A stretch of 64,000 nucleotides of DNA from the NCBI GenBank assembly GCA_026025795.1, contig JAPEUG010000006.1:1-64000 (forward strand). The letters run 5' to 3'. The DNA comes from Thelocarpon superellum. Taxonomy: Eukaryota. Shown piece after piece: positions 35,822 to 48,207 of this stretch (within the stretch, counting starts at the first letter, position 1; every line of letters starts with the position of its first letter). A program made the translations under genes and the position numbers. Under the pieces are notes generated by a model. The model saw only the letters and a list, made by a program, of their open reading frames with translations, ran no database searches and was not told the origin of the DNA.

Positions 35822-38330
35822 TCAGGGCCCCGGCAGGGGCGTGATGGTGATAGGCCCCCACTCGCCGTCCTGCGCCAATTGGACCAAGTTCTTAGTCGCC
35901 AGCACCAGCGTCTGATACAGTGCCTGAGCGGCCACAGCACCGGAGGTGGTGGCAGGTCGAAACAGCTCGTCAAAGACGACGTCACCCTTGCTGCTTGGCC
36001 CTTCGTCGCTACTCAATGGTGGCTCATTTTCTCCATCCGAACTCGCCCCATCTCCTCGATCCGACGCTTCATCGGACGGACCGTGCGTGAGATTAGCCTT
36101 GAGGAACTGAAGAAAGTGGAAGCTCTCGCGGTTCAGCGCCAGTCGCGAGGAATAGAAGGGCGCCATGGCCGGTGTCGAAAGATGGCTTGGTTCGGCCAGG
36201 GAAAAGGCAAGGGGCTCATCCATCGCCCCGACCGGTGGATCCGAATCGAAGCCGCCAAGGGAAAAGTCGTCGCCTTCGAGGTTAGGAATCTCCAATGTGC
36301 TCAAGCGTTCGATGTTGCTGAAGCGGCTTCGACCCACGAGCGGACTGGCGCTCAGAATGCGACTTCGCCGCCGGCTGAGTAGGCCGCGTTCCATCTCGCG
36401 CTGCATGCTAGATTTTCCGGCGCTGCTGGAGACGCCGGCGAAGCCGCTGAGGGCCACGCCGCGACCGCGGATGAGGGATGAGCCTTGCCGAGCTTCCTGG
36501 AGAGAGCCGCTAACGTTCCATGGCATCGCGGAAGACCGGTCGGGGAGGTCAGGCGGCGCTTCTCGGCCCACTTCGAGGCCCTTTCTGTCTGTCAACGAGG
36601 CCCGGGTTCCGGGGAGAGATGCTTACGTCGTCTTGGAGCAGTGGGAGCATGATCTCATCCTCTTCTTCCTCGATACCAGGTACATGTTCATCGGAGTCCT
36701 CCCGCGCCCGCACATTTCGTCCTCCACCATCCGCTCTCTCGTCCATTTCGCTCTTCAATTTGCGTTTCCGACTCGCACTTGCGGGCGGTGCGTGACCGAA
36801 ATGGTTGAGCAAGGCTTCGCCGGAGTAAAACCCTCGAAGTACCGAATCACTGGTGGGGTTGGTGGTGACCCCAACGTTTCCAAGACCAATACGGTAGATC
36901 CAGAAATCAGCGTTCTTCTTGGCCTGGCTTGCCCCGCCGCTGCTCTGTCTCTTCGTCACCACGGCTGACATGTTGTTGAGATAGCTCCGATTCCACGTTG
37001 TGAGCTGGGTGCTTGGGAGTTCGGTTTGAACATCCAACTCGAAGACCTTGGCCGCTTTGCGCTTTCGTTCGTTGGGGGCCAGGGCGACCTCAGACGATTC
37101 GTGCTCTTTTACTTCGAACCATGACGAGCCGGACGCGTGGGTTGCGGGTAAGCCAGGCTCAGCGGAGGAGCGGCCTGGAAGTTGGTAGTCATTGGTAAGG
37201 CAGTCAAAGTTCTGGCTAGTGATAGCTCTAGATTCTTTGCCTGTAGAGCCAGGCAGCTCCGGGGGACATACTTCAGAGAGCGATGGGTTGCGTTGCAGTC
37301 GCTGCAGATGCGCCACTGTTTGATCTTGGCTCTGAGGTCGATTCATGGATATACTTGCCGATTCTAGTCCGCTTCTCCCCGTCAGTCGCTCTGTCGGGAA
37401 CAGGTCTCGGACGTTCCCCTCCACATCGAACTCGAAATCGACGTCGGGGAGAAAGTCGTCCCCCCCCACAGCGTCGCTCAGAGGTGCTAGATCATCCCGG
37501 CCTCCTCGTTGGATGGAGCTCCCACGCGTCGCCGGGAAGGCGAAGTCTTCAAAATCATTTACGCCTCCGACGTCGGAGCTGGGAATCTCCAGGCCGACGG
37601 TGGTTGGGCCCAGGTGAGCGTGACTCGAACGGCTTGACGGGTGAGAGCTGGAGGAGAGAATGGAGGAGTAGTTGGAGGCTCCTGACGATAAATCGAGGGC
37701 GACGAGGTCGAGATCAAATCGTGGGAGAGCATATTCTGGAAGGAAGGCAGGGTCATCTTGTAGGATGAGCTGATCTGGTCTAAAGCACGATCAGTTCCAA
37801 CATCTTGCGTTCGACAACGATACCAACCTCGCTTTCCCCGCCTCGGGGTCAAGCTCTGCATCTCTTGTGGTCTTTAGCAGGGCCCGAAGGTGGTTGGATG
37901 CGGCCTGGACATCGACGAGGACGTAACCACATTGTTGCGAGTAGACCCGGGATACGCCGTAGCTTAAGGAAGTCAGCAACACTGCGAAGACGCCGACGAC
38001 GAGCCAAGCATACAGAAGATTACTCTGTAGTCTCAACGCGAGCGGTGCATCGGGCGCGAGGATGGTCTCGCAGGCTCTCGGTACGTTCACCTCGAGGATG
38101 GCCTTGCGGTTGACTTTCTTCAGGGCCGATCGGGGGCCCAGCGTTGCCATAAGCCTACAGCCTGTCAGTCGTCGGTCTGTGTCGGGTGGTACCGTCGATG
38201 CCCTCACCATACCGTTGCCACGCCATGTCTGCGGGACGTGAGGACTGTCTACTCAGTCAATGGATCCATGAAGCCTATTTGGCGCCCGGGGATGGCGGAG
38301 CTGACACATACTCTCGTGGTTGTAGAACAT
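35822..38330 (-). CDS. REC8: Meiotic cohesin kleisin Rec8; multi-exon
   Basis: N-terminus MFYNHE..LTSRRHGVATVW.MATLG...PLALRLQSNLLYGVSRVY is Rec8-type. C-terminal winged helix AAQALYQTLVLATK. Confidence 0.85.
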
Positions 38331-39379
38331 GGCGAGAGTCAGATACGGACTGAGCCACTCATTTATGGCCCATCATTCATCAACCAAACCATATCACGGT
38401 AGCCTATTTGCGGCGATTCTTGACATCAAGCTTTCTGTATGAACTTCATCATTTGGCCAGGAGGAGACGCGTCTCTCTAGAGAAAACGCGTCACGTAGAG
38501 GGCGCCAGCGTCTCATGGGCTGGACGATTCGCGACGCGATTCCGGGCAGTGAATGGTGATGGTCAGCGGGAACATTGCGCAAGTCAGACTTTAGGGTTCT
38601 CGAAGAATGAGGTATGGAGCGGCCCTCTTCCTCCTTCTTATCGCCGCTTGCACGATAGGCTGAGGCACATGGCGGTGAGGAGGTAGCAAGATGGAAAGCA
38701 TTAGGGACGGCGAGCACGAGGGACCGAACATAGTAGCAGCGGGCACTCTTCAGCTGGACTTCATCAGAGTACGAGGTTGCAGTCAGGAATGTCAGGGAAC
38801 GGTGATGAATGGGACGCTGGATGAGTTGAGCCGCTTGTGTCCTCCAGGCCTCAATTCCAGCCACAAGAAGCGACGGTCTGAAAGGGATCTCGGATTAGCC
38901 GACCCCGCTTCACGCAACGATACGCATCTCGTATGATGATTGCAACAAGACTTCGACATCGTAGAGTAAAGCAATAGATGATCGTACACTACTAGGAACC
39001 ATTCACAGGGTAGCTTGACCGGACTGAATAACCGGCGAGAGGTCGGTAGAGGAAGTTGGGGCTGGTGGCAATGTGGTGTACTCGTCTGCGTTGCTGGGCG
39101 AACGAGGGATCTGTTGACATTCGCCTCGAGTCTACCCCACCACTCCGACGGACTGCGTGTTCAGCGTCTCTCCACTCAATCACGATTGTGACTCGCTCTC
39201 TCAACATGAACACTCACGTTGCATCTTGACTTTAGTTCTCCTGCGAGTCAATTCCTCGGTCAGAACAATCGGTCGCCTCGGCGGATTTCCGCTCATCGGT
39301 GCCACAGCCGAGAACCGACGCACCAGCTCAATTTCCATCCTTGTAACAGTCACATCGACAACTTCATCCATCGCCCGAC

Positions 39380-41583
39380 ATGGCCTCTTCATTTCCTCTC
39401 TCACAAGATCCCACCATGCCCGTACCTCCTCCTCCTCTTCATACCCGCTCCGGCAATGAGACGTTTGATCGGCCACAGACGCCGAACCACCAACGCTTCA
39501 CCTCGCCTTCGCAAACTCCACAGGGAAGTCCCAGCAAGCGACAGCTGCCGCCGGGAGCCAACACTCTTCCGGATGTCTTTGAGCATGCCATGAAGCTCAC
39601 GCCGACCCCTCTGAACACCCCAAACAAACCGGCCCGCCAGCCGCCCCTTGTGACCAATGACTCCAACGACGACAGTGTCATCTCCAAAGAGGCCTCTGCC
39701 ACCAATCCGGGGAGCCCGACGCGGAAGTCCAACAAGGAAAATACGCCGCCAGGCTTCCGAGGACCGAAGGAATTGTCCTTCCCCCAGAACCAGGCCGCCG
39801 TTTCGCGACAGGAACCCTACCAGTCTCGCGAGCAGCTGGTGCCGTCGATGAAGAAGGGGCAAGACTTCCAGAAGGGATTGACTGTCGAGGAGCTGGAAAA
39901 GGCCAAGGATCCTCAGGTCAAGCGACTGGCTAATGTCACCCAGCTGTGTGAGTGGTCCGTCATGCTTGGATGTGGTGGCCCGACAACTAACCTGGGTAGA
40001 CTTTCTGGACTATTACTTTGACCTGCTGAGCTATGTGCATGCCCGACAGAACCGTCTCACGCAGTTTAAAGAACAACACCCAGCCCCTCCCGCTACGCCC
40101 AATGAGACGTACGAGCCAGCGTTGCAGAAGTACCTGGGTCGGGAACGTGCCAACCTTCGCAAGCGCCGGACGAGACTGCGCCATGGCGATTTCCAGATCC
40201 TGACTCAGGTTGGTCAAGGGGGGTACGGGCAGGTCTATCTGGCGCAGAAAAAGGATACCAAGGAAGTGTGCGCCTTAAAGGTGATGAGCAAGCGGCTGTT
40301 GTTCAAGTTAGACGAGATTCGCCATGTGCTCACGGAGCGAGACATCTTGACGGCAGCCAAGAGCGACTGGCTGGTCAAGCTGTTATATGCCTTCCAAGAT
40401 GACCAGAGCATCTATCTGGCCATGGTGAGTAGCATAGTTGCATCCCCATTGGTCAGAACTTACAAGTGGACAGGAGTATGTGCCCGGCGGCGACTTCCGC
40501 ACGCTGCTTAACAACACCGGAGTGCTCCACAACCGACACGCGCGCTTCTACATCGCCGAGATGTTCTCGTGTATCGACGCGCTCCATCAACTGGGCTACA
40601 TCCATCGTGACCTCAAGCCCGAGAACTTCCTGGTCGACTCCACGGGCCACGTCAAGCTGACGGACTTTGGTCTCTCGGCCGGCATGCTCGACCCCGGCAA
40701 GCTTGAGTCGATGCGCGTCAAGCTCGAGGAGGTGGGCGATGTGATTGTACCGTTTGGCCGACCGATCGAGCAGCGTACGGTGTCGGAGCGACGGGACGGT
40801 TATCGATCGCTGCGCGAGCGGGAGGTCAACTATGCCAAGTCGATCGTGGGCTCTCCGGACTACATGGCGCCGGAGGTGCTCAAAGGCGAACAGTACGACT
40901 TCACGGTCGACTACTGGAGTCTGGGTTGCATGCTGTTTGAGGCGCTCGCAGGGTTCCCTCCCTTTGCCGGAGCGACCGTGGACGAGACATGGCACAATCT
41001 TAAGCACTGGAAGAAGGTGCTGAAGAAGCCTGAGTACGAGGATCCGAACTACTTCTTGAGTTCGCGGACCTGGAACCTGATCGAGCGGTAAGTCCATCAA
41101 CGCATGATGACGAGGAGTCGACACTGACGTCCCGATCAGCCTGGTGGCATCCAAGACCATGCGCTTTAAAGACATGAAGGAGATCCGCAGCCACTACTAC
41201 TTTGCGGAGGTAGACTGGTCGCGGCTTCGCGAGCAACGCGCGCCATTCGTGCCAGAGCTGGACTCGGAGACCGACGCCGGCTACTTTGACGACTTTAGCA
41301 ACGAAGCGGACATGGCGAAGTACAAGGAGGTGCACGACAAGCAGACTGCGTTGGAGAAGATGGCAGACCGCGAAGAGCAGATGAACAAGGGATTGTTCGT
41401 GGGCTTTACGTTCCGGTATGTTCATCGCCGCTTCGTTATTTCCCATCCCACTTCAGATGACGGCAACGGCTAACGGGGTGGAAACGTAGACACCGAAAGC
41501 CTGCCATCGCGACCGACGCGACGAGCAGCAGCAGTCCACGCAAAGCCATTGCAACGGACGGATCGTTCGGGACGATCTTCTGA
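39380..41583 (+). CDS. DBF2: NDR-family kinase Dbf2/Sid2; multi-exon
   Basis: FLDYYFDLL, ERANLRKRR, GQGGYG, HRDLKPEN, DFG, SIVGSPDYMAPE, FVGFTFR. Start is ATG 39380 or 39416. Confidence 0.95.
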
Positions 41584-42463
41584 TATGATGAAGGGGGGGG
41601 GGCAAGAGATTGATCCTCCATGGTTGTCGTCGTCGTCGTCGTCGTCGTATGCTATGGCTAGATGCATCATTGATTCTCACTCACTCGCTCGTTTGCGTGT
41701 TGATACGTTGATACCTGGCCCAGCAACACTGTTCTTAGCCACGCAAGCTGAACTTGCTTGCTACGGCTACTCAAAGCAGATGGAGCTGCAGATTAGACTC
41801 TTTGATCCTTTTCCTCCATTCTAACTTTCTATATTTTCTCAGGCGCTGGTGTCACGGATGGAAGGAAGGAAGGGAAGGAGGACGGTAGGACGGATGAGAC
41901 AAGCGGGAAGGTGAATGAAAAGAGGAATGAGACTTGAAGGGGGAGAGCGAAGGGGTGGATACCTGTGCTACGCCATACTCTGCTCTACTATTCCTCTGCA
42001 TGAATCACACCATCCATTCCCCATCACTCGATCGTACCATCTCTCCCGTAACCGTGTCCATACTTGTAGTGCAAGCATCTCACCTTTCATCTCCAACACA
42101 AGCCCCATCACTACTATCGTGTCACGTGGAATACGTCGTTATTGGCTCCTGATATCGTGAGAGACGAAATTGGAAGACGCGATACACTGTTGAGCTTGAA
42201 CGGGTCTGAAAAATACCTTCGATTGTTTCGTTCGTGCGGCACTTCTCAGGCTGCGTCTAAACAGGACTCGATCCATCCTTTGTCCCAGCTTGTCCCGCCC
42301 TCCCCGTCTCGTCTCATCATACTCGGTTCTTCGTCTCCTTCACACTCTTTTGTACCAAGTAACCCTTTGCTTCGTTCAGATCGATCAATCAACCAGTGGG
42401 AACTCTCCCCACACACCATCACCTCCATCACGTAGCTGCAGTTCGCGTCGAGCTTCGACTTAA

Positions 42464-45400
42464 TCATCGACCACGCGAGGAAGACGACGAGGAAGACACC
42501 GAAGATTGCTTGCGGTGCTGCGGCCGTGTCGCGGCGGTCTCGTTCTTGGCTGGCGGACTTGTCTTAGCCTTGACCGGCGCTGGCGGCGATGGTAGTCTCG
42601 CGGCCCGAGAGGCAACCTGAGACCAAGTCGTCGATACTGGCACCACCTGAGCTTGTGCACCGGGTGTAATTACCTCCTCGGACGCTGCCGTCTCTGATTC
42701 GACCTCGCTCGTGTTCGTCGGACTGACTGCGCTCTTGGTTGGGCTAGGGTTGGAGCTACCGGTGCTGGCACTCCCCCGATTTCGCTTCGTCTTCGTCTTC
42801 GCCGCCACTATGAGATCAGGGAAGGCATCAACAGAAGCGAGTCCTGGCAACGGCATGTTGCCGACTGGACGTAAGCGGTGATTCTTCCATCGCGGCTCAG
42901 ACGTCCAGACATTCTGAGATCGTGGGGGCGAGTCATCGGATGTTGGCGACGCAAGCGATGAGGCAAGTGGCGACGGGATGGCAGACTTGCCGCTACCAGG
43001 CTCCATGGGTTGCTGCGGTGAAAGAGAAACCGAACAAGTATCACCTGTCTTGGCTTCAATCTGCACTATCGTCTCCTTAGTAGGGGATATCTCCTCGAGT
43101 GAGATCGTAGGAGGGGACGGTTCCTCTCGAGGAGAAGCATTGCTAACAGGCGATTCCTTGCCAACGGCTACCTGCGTCTCCAAGGAGACGTTCGTGATTG
43201 GCGACTTCGGCTCAGAAGATAGTGCCTCCTTGGGTGGCAGATTCTTCTCGGATGATAGCGCTTGGTCGACAGGCGGCGTCGCAATGGACGCCAAATTTGA
43301 TACCGTCTGAACGACTGGTGGCGTGGCGTTGGATACCACTTTCGTCTCGGCCGGGGTTGCTTCCTGTGAGGGTTGCGCTTTCGAAGTGGATGACTTCTTG
43401 GCCGGTGACCGCTTGCCGCCCGGAGACTTCTTTCCACCCGACGATTTCTTTTCGCTCGATGACTCCTTCGTCGTCGGTGACTTTTCACCCTTGGACGTCT
43501 TCTCCGGTGACGTGGACAAAGAGGACGTCTCCCGTGACGATGTAGGCGTTGGTGGTGATGGCTTCTGGACAAGAGACACCTCCAGACGCGAATCCTGCAT
43601 CGGCGAGTCCGTGGCGGGTGAAGTTTCTTTTGGCGGAGAGTTATTCTCATCCGGCGTGGTCGTCGTCTCTTCCTCGGACTCTGCCAATGCCGATGGATGC
43701 TCCTCCGGCGTTGATATCGCCAGGGGTGGTGGCTTCTCGGCCGCTGCAGACGTTGTCACAGCCGGCTCCACCTGCACCAGCTGCGTCGCGTGCCCTATTG
43801 ATCCATCTCTATCGGCCCCGGGAGCCTCGGACTCGGCAAGCTTGAGCTCGTGTCGCGTCGCGCCGTCGTATTTTCGCTCATGAGCGCTCGAATCGTTCAA
43901 TGCCCCATGGGCATTCGACGTCGGCATTAACTGACCGTTGCCCAAGTCAACAGCGCCGGAAGGCGCCCGACCGACACTCTTGCGAGCAATTTTTGGGGCC
44001 TTGCCCGCCCGGTACTTGCCCTTGGTCACCTCGGGCTCGGGCGTGGCGGCCTCCTCCCCTCGCACGGGACTCGACCGCCGGCTGGCTTTGCGGGACCCCT
44101 TACCCCGCTTCGGCTCAACCGAGGGCCCCTGGGGTGTTCCACGAGGAACGTAGGACGGGGTCACCCCTTGAAATGCCCCTTCGGGCACTTGTGGCTGAGC
44201 CTGACGTTTTGGTAGGGGGTCCGCCTTGACCCCTGGCCCGTTGTCTCGGACCACATTCACCGGGAGACCAGGTCCCACGCTGGCCTCCCCCAGAGGCAGG
44301 GCTTCCCCCGTGGAAGCGGTCTGGGCCGACGCACCCCGTGCCAACGTCGGCGGCAAATGGGCCCGGGCGATGTGGGGCTTGCCCGGCTCGTGAAAGACTC
44401 TCGCGGGGTGAGCCCCGCTCCGGGCATCTTGTGGGGTGTAAACCCCCGGCGAGTTCAGGCTCGGTGCGCGTCCATGCACCGGCCCATGGGATGTGACAGG
44501 TCCCACGGGCCCTATCGATGTATGCGGCGAGCAACCGCGAGGGTGACCGATGTGCGCGACGTTTGAGTCCACCAACGACAGCGGATGCACAAATGGGTCC
44601 GTCATTCCGTGAAGTCCCGCATAAGGGTGCGCGGCCCATTGAGAGGTTCGATCCGTGGTCGATTGCTTGTTGTACTGTGCGTCCACTGTGGGATCGTTCC
44701 GATGGCCCGTGACGAGGGCTTCTGGCATCGTCCGCAGAGCCGTCGCTGGCACACTGGTAACCAAGACGGCCTGTTGGACCGAATCCTCGTTGCCGTGGCC
44801 GGCGGCGTGAGTGGGCTGGGCAATGTTTGCAGTGGAGCAGCTTGGGCCGGACGGCTTCATGGCCGGTGTTCGGGCAGATATCTCATTCCGATGTTCCAGA
44901 TCTTGACCCGCACCCGCGTCGACGACTTTCATTGGGCACTCGATGCGTCCTCTCATGGACGAGGGCGCGAAGGCACGGGATCGAGGTGGGGTAGTTCCAG
45001 GTAGCCGGGGCAGCGGAACACGCGACTTGGGGTTCTGTCGCTGCACACTAAGCGACGAGCCATTTAGGATGCTATGATTCATCTCGAGTCTCGCAGTCTC
45101 TGCGTCCACCGGATTGGTGTAACTAGCACGGGTTAGCTCGAGCTCACTTGAAAATGAGGTTGTGGCGTACTGGATGAAGGCAAAGCCCCGGTGGACCTGA
45201 CCATCGTGGGGCCCTTCGGGAGCGACTCGTGGAAGATGAACTTTTTCGATGTGGCCGAACGGAGCGAAAGCCTCGAGGATGTCATGTTCCGTCACTTCTT
45301 GGGCGACGCCTCCGACCCACAAGGCCGTTGCCGAATCATCAACCATCAACGCCGGGTGATACGGGGGCTGGGCTTGATCTCCTGAGGGCACCCGCGTCAT

Positions 45401-46771
45401 ATATCCAGAGTCACGACCCGTCCGGCCGGGCTCTGCGACGGCGTCCTTGTTATGCGGCGGGCGGGCCATGACGGGTCGGGCGGGCAGCATGCGGTGCGCT
45501 CCCTGGCCCGCATGGCGGACGTCACTCATCTCCCGCATACGTGGGGCTTGGTTCATCGGTGCTGAGCCACGTGCCACTGGGTAGCGGTGTATCTTGTGCG
45601 ATGGTACCTCGACAGGCTGGGTGCGCAAGGATGCCGCGGGGCGATGGTAATCCATTGATGGCGATGGATGGCCAGGCTGAGGACCATAATTGATGTGTGC
45701 GATCGACGAAGGCGTCCGCGGGTCTCCCTGGTGGATGGAGCCAACGTGAGCACGAGGGGGTCCATGCGGTCCGACTCCAACTGGTGGACCACGGAAAGGG
45801 GGCGTGGGCAGACGCGCAGCAGCGGGGACTGCTCGGGCAGGATGCACCGCTGGGCCAAAGTATGCATGCGCGTCGCCTTGGAAGGGTCCACGTTGTTGAG
45901 CTTGCTCAGTAACCGGGTAGTGGTTGTCATACGCCACGGCCACAGGCTGGTAGGCAGGGGGTCCTGCGGGCGGTGCTGCCGGACCTTGGGACCATTGAAC
46001 ATGCTGCACTTGCGGAGCCGGAGCTGCCATGGGTAGACAGGGATAGAGCCGTGCGGGAGGAGCGTAGTATCCGGCGAAAGGGGCATTGTGAACGTGCTCG
46101 GACATCAGTGAAGGCGGCCCACGAGCACAAAATGACGGGTCGACAAAGCCTGCGAACATGGCGTCATAAGGAGGCAGATGTCCTGGAGCGAAGCCCATTG
46201 GTGGGAGCTCGTTGGGAATCTGCGGCGGATAGAAGGGCGGAGGGCGAGGAGAGACTGACCGGGTCACCGGGGGCATCGCGAAGGCAATAGAAGGGGGCAT
46301 ACCAGGACGGTGCTCCTTGATGAACTTTAGCTCTGTCAGCACTTCGGCCAAAAAGTCGCTGCCCCACATCTCCAGCTCTTCCTTACGGAACAGCACGTTC
46401 GGTGTACATTCAGCTGTCACTTCTTTGAAGCGTCGCGGGTTCCCCTCGCTCCATTGGTACGCAAAGCCAACGAGGTGCTCTTTGTGCGCGGCGTTCTCGG
46501 CGATGAGCTCCCACAAAACGCTCCACAGGAAGCCAGCACCATGTAAGTGAAGGTCTTGTTTGTCAAAGTAGGCGTTCATGTCGAGTGGAAGCTTCACTTG
46601 GCGGCACTTTTCAGGCCAGACACGGCGAAGGTAAGAGACCCAGTACGCCTTATCCTCGCTGGGGTCCGAGCGGAGGATGATGGGGTCGGCATAGTCGGGT
46701 TCTGCCACATCCTGAGATGGGTCTCGCATCGAGAAGAGGGGCCGATGAATGTAAGCGTCGGTGTTGGCCAT
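42464..46771 (-). CDS. Large low-complexity protein with a single RRM
   Basis: 1474-aa ORF; RNP2 LWVGGV and RNP1 RGFAFI; probable 48-nt intron 45170-45123; likely start MANTD at 46771. Confidence 0.8.
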   Translation of the reverse strand: MANTDAYIHRPLFSMRDPSQDVAEPDYADPIILRSDPSEDKAYWVSYLRRVWPEKCRQVKLPLDMNAYFDKQDLHLHGAGFLWSVLWELIAENAAHKEHLVGFAYQWSEGNPRRFKEVTAECTPNVLFRKEELEMWGSDFLAEVLTELKFIKEHRPGMPPSIAFAMPPVTRSVSPRPPPFYPPQIPNELPPMGFAPGHLPPYDAMFAGFVDPSFCARGPPSLMSEHVHNAPFAGYYAPPARLYPCLPMAAPAPQVQHVQWSQGPAAPPAGPPAYQPVAVAYDNHYPVTEQAQQRGPFQGDAHAYFGPAVHPARAVPAAARLPTPPFRGPPVGVGPHGPPRAHVGSIHQGDPRTPSSIAHINYGPQPGHPSPSMDYHRPAASLRTQPVEVPSHKIHRYPVARGSAPMNQAPRMREMSDVRHAGQGAHRMLPARPVMARPPHNKDAVAEPGRTGRDSGYMTRVPSGDQAQPPYHPALMVDDSATALWVGGVAQEVTEHDILEAFAPFGHIEKVHLPRVAPEGPHDGQVHRGFAFIQYATTSFSSELELTRASYTNPVDAETARLEMNHSILNGSSLSVQRQNPKSRVPLPRLPGTTPPRSRAFAPSSMRGRIECPMKVVDAGAGQDLEHRNEISARTPAMKPSGPSCSTANIAQPTHAAGHGNEDSVQQAVLVTSVPATALRTMPEALVTGHRNDPTVDAQYNKQSTTDRTSQWAAHPYAGLHGMTDPFVHPLSLVDSNVAHIGHPRGCSPHTSIGPVGPVTSHGPVHGRAPSLNSPGVYTPQDARSGAHPARVFHEPGKPHIARAHLPPTLARGASAQTASTGEALPLGEASVGPGLPVNVVRDNGPGVKADPLPKRQAQPQVPEGAFQGVTPSYVPRGTPQGPSVEPKRGKGSRKASRRSSPVRGEEAATPEPEVTKGKYRAGKAPKIARKSVGRAPSGAVDLGNGQLMPTSNAHGALNDSSAHERKYDGATRHELKLAESEAPGADRDGSIGHATQLVQVEPAVTTSAAAEKPPPLAISTPEEHPSALAESEEETTTTPDENNSPPKETSPATDSPMQDSRLEVSLVQKPSPPTPTSSRETSSLSTSPEKTSKGEKSPTTKESSSEKKSSGGKKSPGGKRSPAKKSSTSKAQPSQEATPAETKVVSNATPPVVQTVSNLASIATPPVDQALSSEKNLPPKEALSSEPKSPITNVSLETQVAVGKESPVSNASPREEPSPPTISLEEISPTKETIVQIEAKTGDTCSVSLSPQQPMEPGSGKSAIPSPLASSLASPTSDDSPPRSQNVWTSEPRWKNHRLRPVGNMPLPGLASVDAFPDLIVAAKTKTKRNRGSASTGSSNPSPTKSAVSPTNTSEVESETAASEEVITPGAQAQVVPVSTTWSQVASRAARLPSPPAPVKAKTSPPAKNETAATRPQHRKQSSVSSSSSSSRGR

Positions 46772-47588
46772 GGTAGGCAAAGGTGCGGGTGAGAGGTTGT
46801 AGAGCGTGGGGAGGCGCGGAGCGAGGGGGAGAAGGCCAGAAGAATGTCTGGCTCGGAGACGGGGGTAGAAGGCGTGACGGTGCACCACGGCGTTCTCACG
46901 ACGAGGTGAACGCGGAGGATGGATTGCGACGATGATGTTACAAGATGATGGGGTGGACCTCGGTGGGATGCCGAAAGTTGTGCGGATTCGAAAGGGTGCT
47001 TTTCAGTCGTCTTTGGCAACAAGCAGAACGGTGATAAGGAGAAGAAGCAGGACGGTCGGATGGACGACTTTATCTCGGGTGGGACTGTGTGGTGTTATCA
47101 CCGGGTTATGTTGGATCACACCATCCTGTTATCGTGTTTACGATGGTGAATACAACCAGTTGGCCGTGGCAGGAGAGAGAAAGGAGCAGGAGCGACTGAG
47201 TAAGGCAAATGGGGTGACCGAGGAAGACACGGTCAACGGCAAGACACAGCACGAGCATACCCCACACACATTTACCTCAGTAACACGGAGGCCACAATTC
47301 ACATGCGTTGGCCTCCTGCGGCCATGGGGTGCAGGCTGCACGCTGCAGGTGAAATCCTTAAGAGCGATTTTCATGGATGCTGGGTGCTCCACGAGAGATC
47401 TCGGCCGTGTCTGTGGGTTCTGCAAAGGTACTGGGACGCGCTAGCTAGCACTCCATATGGCTGTCATTTCACAGTAGCAATGCGGGTTGTCCTTCGACTT
47501 GCGCGACGATGGTTCACGGTCATCTATTCTTTGGATCAGGGGAAATAGTAAGTAAGCACTCCGGACTGTACGCCGACAACGATGGATC

Positions 47589-48207
47589 CTATCCAGCTTG
47601 CTTGGACGGCATCTGCAACATGTTCAGGATCTCGGACTCGTTGTCTCCCACCACTTTCGAAAGTGTCAGTTGGTCGAAGACGTGAAGTGGGCCACGTGAT
47701 GTAAACTTACCCGCGGTGCCGTTGTTCCAGTCCACAACCTGTATGGGGAGCGTTGCCTTAGCCTGATCCACTTAATCTGACGGGCACGGCCATGGCCACC
47801 TACCACTGGTCTCTTGAAACTCTCCCCATTCTCGCGCAACTTCCTCATGGCGTCGGCCTCATCTCGTGCACCCTGTACGATGTCGCCCGCCCGTCGTGCC
47901 CCCACGTATTCAAGGATGCTACGCAGCTGGTCCGCCGTCGGGGCCTCTTCCGTAACGTTCATCTCGAAGTCGGATCGCTGAACGGCATTCTGGTGTGAGT
48001 GGCCGCTGGCCTGATCCTCGGTGGCACTGGCACTGGCCGCTGCAGATGCTTGTTTGAGGACATTGAGGGTGCGTAGCGAGCTCGGTACGCTGGCCTTGTG
48101 GAAGAGTGTGATTACGTCTAGGGACTTGTGCTGCTCGATCGCGCGTTGTCAATGAAGCTGAACCGCGCTTGTGGACGTGGGTCATAGCTACGTACGAATC
48201 GAAACAT
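47589..48207 (-). CDS. FMP46: Fmp46/DUF1687 thioredoxin-like mitochondrial protein; multi-exon
   Basis: MFRF|HKSLDVITLFH...PTADQLRSILEY...FKRPV|VVDWNNG|..GDNESEIL. Confidence 0.85.
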
